A stretch of 63,366 bases of DNA, counting the filler. It is 8 parts of 8 records of this genome, joined end to end, with 100 filler letters (N's around TTAATTAATTAA, not from the genome) between each part and the next. Parts side by side here need not be neighbours in the genome. Positions count along the whole stretch, not along the records: positions 53,628 to 63,366 come from SRR20825010_6143; 7 more parts are not named here. One strand, given 5' to 3'. The position numbers and the translations under genes are program-made. Positions 61,156 through 63,366 of this stretch are shown here, one piece after another. How positions within the stretch are numbered: position 1 is the first letter of the stretch; each line of letters starts with the position of its first letter. The notes under the pieces are model-generated. The model did not search any database, was not told where the DNA came from, and saw only the letters and a list, made by a program, of their open reading frames with translations.

Positions 61156-63366
61156 ATGGAACCTACGATTTTCCGGTTCATCCTCCGGCACAGCAAGAAA
61201 GAACAGATCTTCCTTCTTGTACTGACCGGACTCTCTTTCCCTTTTCTCTATTATTCTCTCGACCTTCCAAAAACCATCATCAACCAGGCCATCGGCGGAA
61301 AAGACTTTCCCCGCGACCTGTTCGGGTATCAGCTCGACCAAATCCCGTACCTGCTGCTGCTGAGCGTGATCTTCCTCGCCCTCGTCTGCGTCAATGGGGG
61401 TTTCAAATACTATATCAACGTCTTTCGCGGCCAGCTTGGCGAGCGCATGCTGCGGCGTCTGCGCTACGACCTTTATGCCCGGGTCCTGCGCTTCCCTCTG
61501 CCGCATTTCAAAAAAGTCAGTCAGGGCGAAGTGATTCCGATGATCACCGCCGAGGTCGAGCCGCTTGGCGGCTTCATCGGCGATGCGGTCTCCCTGCCGG
61601 CTTTTCAGGGCGGCACGCTGCTGACCATTCTGGTCTTCATGTTCGTGCAGGACCCGATCCTCGGCACCGCCGCAATCGCGCTCTATCCGGTCCAGGGCTA
61701 TATCATTCCGAAGCTGCAGCGCCGGGTGAACGAGCTTGGCAAGGAGCGGGTAAAGGCAGTCCGCAAACTGTCGGACCGGATTGGCGAGAGCATTTCCGGC
61801 GTTCAGGAGATCCACGCCAACAATACGGCGCGCTTCGCCCTCGCCAATTTCACTGCCCGTCTGGGCGAGATCTACACGATCCGCTACGAGATCTATCGGC
61901 GCAAATTCTTCATCAAGTTCCTGAACAACTTCATCGCCCAGCTGACCCCGTTCTTCTTCTATTCGATCGGCGGCGTGCTGGTGATCAAGGGGGATCTCAC
62001 CTTCGGGGCTCTGGTTGCCATTCTGGCCGCCTACAAGGATCTGTCCGCGCCCTGGAAGGAATTGCTGAGCTACTACCAGCGCAAGGAAGATTCCCGGATC
62101 AAGTACGATCAGGTGATCGAGCAGTTCGACACGGCGGGCAGCCTGACCGAAGCCCAGCAGCTGGATGAGCCGGAAGAGCCGGTTTCGCTGGCTGGACCGG
62201 TGGCACTGCGCAATCTCGGCCTGATGGATGACGACGGCGAAGTCCTGCTGGAAAACGTCACCTTCGAAATCAAGCAGGGCGAAAAAGTCGCGATTGCAGG
62301 TCCCGGCGGCGGCGGCAAGGATCTCCTGGCAATGGTGGCGGCGCGCCTGCTGTTACCGACATCCGGCAGCATCACCATGAACGGGATCGACATCTCGGGC
62401 CTGCCGGAGGCCGTCACGGGACGGCGGATCGGCTATGTCGGGCCAAGCGCTTTCGTATTCTCCAGCACAATCCGCGAGAATATGCTGCTGGGCGCCCGTC
62501 ATGTTCCGCACGGCGATCCGGACCCCGAATGCTATCCGGATTCCCCCGGCCAGCGCGAAGCCGCGGAAGCATCCGGAAACTCGCTTGACCCGATTTCGGC
62601 CAACTGGGTCGACTACCAGGCGGTTGGCGTCGAGGAAGACCGCCTGAATGCGCGCCTCGCCGACCTGCTGCGCGTGGTCGGCCTTGAAGACGAGGTCTAT
62701 GCTTTCGGGTTGCGCGGCTCCCTTGATCTGGCCAGTCGCGACGAAACCGGACAGCGCATCCTCGGAGCCCGGGCAAAGCTCCGTTCCCGTCTCGGGGAAC
62801 TGGATCTCGACACTCTGGTCGAGCCGTTCGATGCGGAGAAGTTCAACACCAATGCAAGCGTGGCCGAGAACCTGCTGTTCGGCACGCCGGTCGGTGAGCA
62901 GTTCAAGCTCGACCGTCTCGCCAGCGATCCCTATGTCCGCTCGGTTCTCGACCAGGTTGGCCTGACCGAGGATTTTGTCCGGATCGGCCGCGACGTGGCG
63001 GCAACGATGGTCGAGCTGTTCAAGGATTTGCCACCCGATCATGAATTCTTCGCGCAATATGCCTTCATCTCGGCCGACGAGCTGCCGGATTATCAGACAC
63101 TGGTGCAGCGGGCCGACAGGGTTGGCCTGGATGAAATGGGGCCGGAGGACCGGAACCGTTTCCTCGATCTGCCGTTCAAGCTGATCCCGGCCCGGCACCG
63201 CCTCGGCATGATCGAAGAGGATCTGAAAGACCGGATCCTCGAAGCCCGCAAGGCTTTCCGCGAAGGGTTGCCGGAAGACCAGCAGTCCGCGCTGGAGTTC
63301 TTCTCTGTCGATCAGTTCAATCTTGCCGCCTCGGTGCAGGACAACATCCTGTTCGGCAAGATCGCC
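61156..63366 (+). CDS. Fused TMD-NBD ABC exporter with degenerate, internally repeated NBD; 3'-truncated (absent from ORF track)
   Basis: Frame is open from ATG 61156 (MEPTIFRFILRHSKKEQ...) to the window end. ABC membrane domain (LGERMLRRLRYDLY, GALVAILAAYKDL), then Walker A-like GPGGGGKD at 62299-62322. Confidence 0.9.
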   Translation, partial: MEPTIFRFILRHSKKEQIFLLVLTGLSFPFLYYSLDLPKTIINQAIGGKDFPRDLFGYQLDQIPYLLLLSVIFLALVCVNGGFKYYINVFRGQLGERMLRRLRYDLYARVLRFPLPHFKKVSQGEVIPMITAEVEPLGGFIGDAVSLPAFQGGTLLTILVFMFVQDPILGTAAIALYPVQGYIIPKLQRRVNELGKERVKAVRKLSDRIGESISGVQEIHANNTARFALANFTARLGEIYTIRYEIYRRKFFIKFLNNFIAQLTPFFFYSIGGVLVIKGDLTFGALVAILAAYKDLSAPWKELLSYYQRKEDSRIKYDQVIEQFDTAGSLTEAQQLDEPEEPVSLAGPVALRNLGLMDDDGEVLLENVTFEIKQGEKVAIAGPGGGGKDLLAMVAARLLLPTSGSITMNGIDISGLPEAVTGRRIGYVGPSAFVFSSTIRENMLLGARHVPHGDPDPECYPDSPGQREAAEASGNSLDPISANWVDYQAVGVEEDRLNARLADLLRVVGLEDEVYAFGLRGSLDLASRDETGQRILGARAKLRSRLGELDLDTLVEPFDAEKFNTNASVAENLLFGTPVGEQFKLDRLASDPYVRSVLDQVGLTEDFVRIGRDVAATMVELFKDLPPDHEFFAQYAFISADELPDYQTLVQRADRVGLDEMGPEDRNRFLDLPFKLIPARHRLGMIEEDLKDRILEARKAFREGLPEDQQSALEFFSVDQFNLAASVQDNILFGKIA

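Noticed and set aside
61093-63198. Minus-strand ORFs (240 aa, 281 aa and others) listed in the track
   Set aside because: Shadows of the plus-strand ABC exporter, which the track missed because it has no stop codon in the window.

Overview
The window is not one locus. It is eight unrelated contig fragments joined by 100-nt artificial spacers (N44-TTAATTAATTAA-N44), so gene neighbourhood is only meaningful within a fragment. Taxonomic assignments are inferred from gene content and sequence style. (1) 1-8780, Bacteroidota-type sulfated-agar utilisation cluster: two S1 sulfatases, a T9SS-secreted Asp-box beta-propeller protein of unknown function, a GH16 beta-agarase and a GH3. (2) 8881-14200, GC-rich, probably Rhizobiales: yjfF-araB-araA-araD, a PPP-family phosphatase and two palindromic intergenic repeats. 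(3) 14301-18469, planctomycete-like: HlyD/RND adaptor(s), a DegT aminotransferase and a secreted TPR-like hypothetical. (4) 18570-28548, Marinobacter-like housekeeping genes: gabD-like ALDH, deacetylase, thiI, ppnN, cytochrome c, crotonase, ankyrin lipoprotein, tmcA, DUF2237. (5) 28649-35101, Rhodospirillales-like: lipoprotein, bactofilin, EI24/CysZ, adenosine kinase, ampG, phoB-phoU-pstB. (6) 35202-44289, Flavobacteriaceae-like: pckA, two amidohydrolases, Na/Ala symporter, M14 carboxypeptidase, ggt. (7) 44390-53527, Cyclobacteriaceae-like: HhH-barrel protein, barrel, POTRA/Omp85, yidD, lgt, nadE, rnc, fabF. (8) 53628-63366, Rhodospirillales-like: a co-oriented, mostly overlapping operon of four glycosyltransferases, a histidine phosphatase, a deacetylase-fold protein and a peptide-type ABC ATPase. 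It is divergent from an ABC exporter, missing from the ORF track, whose ATPase domain is degenerate and internally repeated. The best candidates for an undescribed system are fragment 8, the beta-propeller protein in the agar cluster, and the amidohydrolase/M14/GGT cassette. No rRNA, tRNA, CRISPR array, transposase or integrase was seen.
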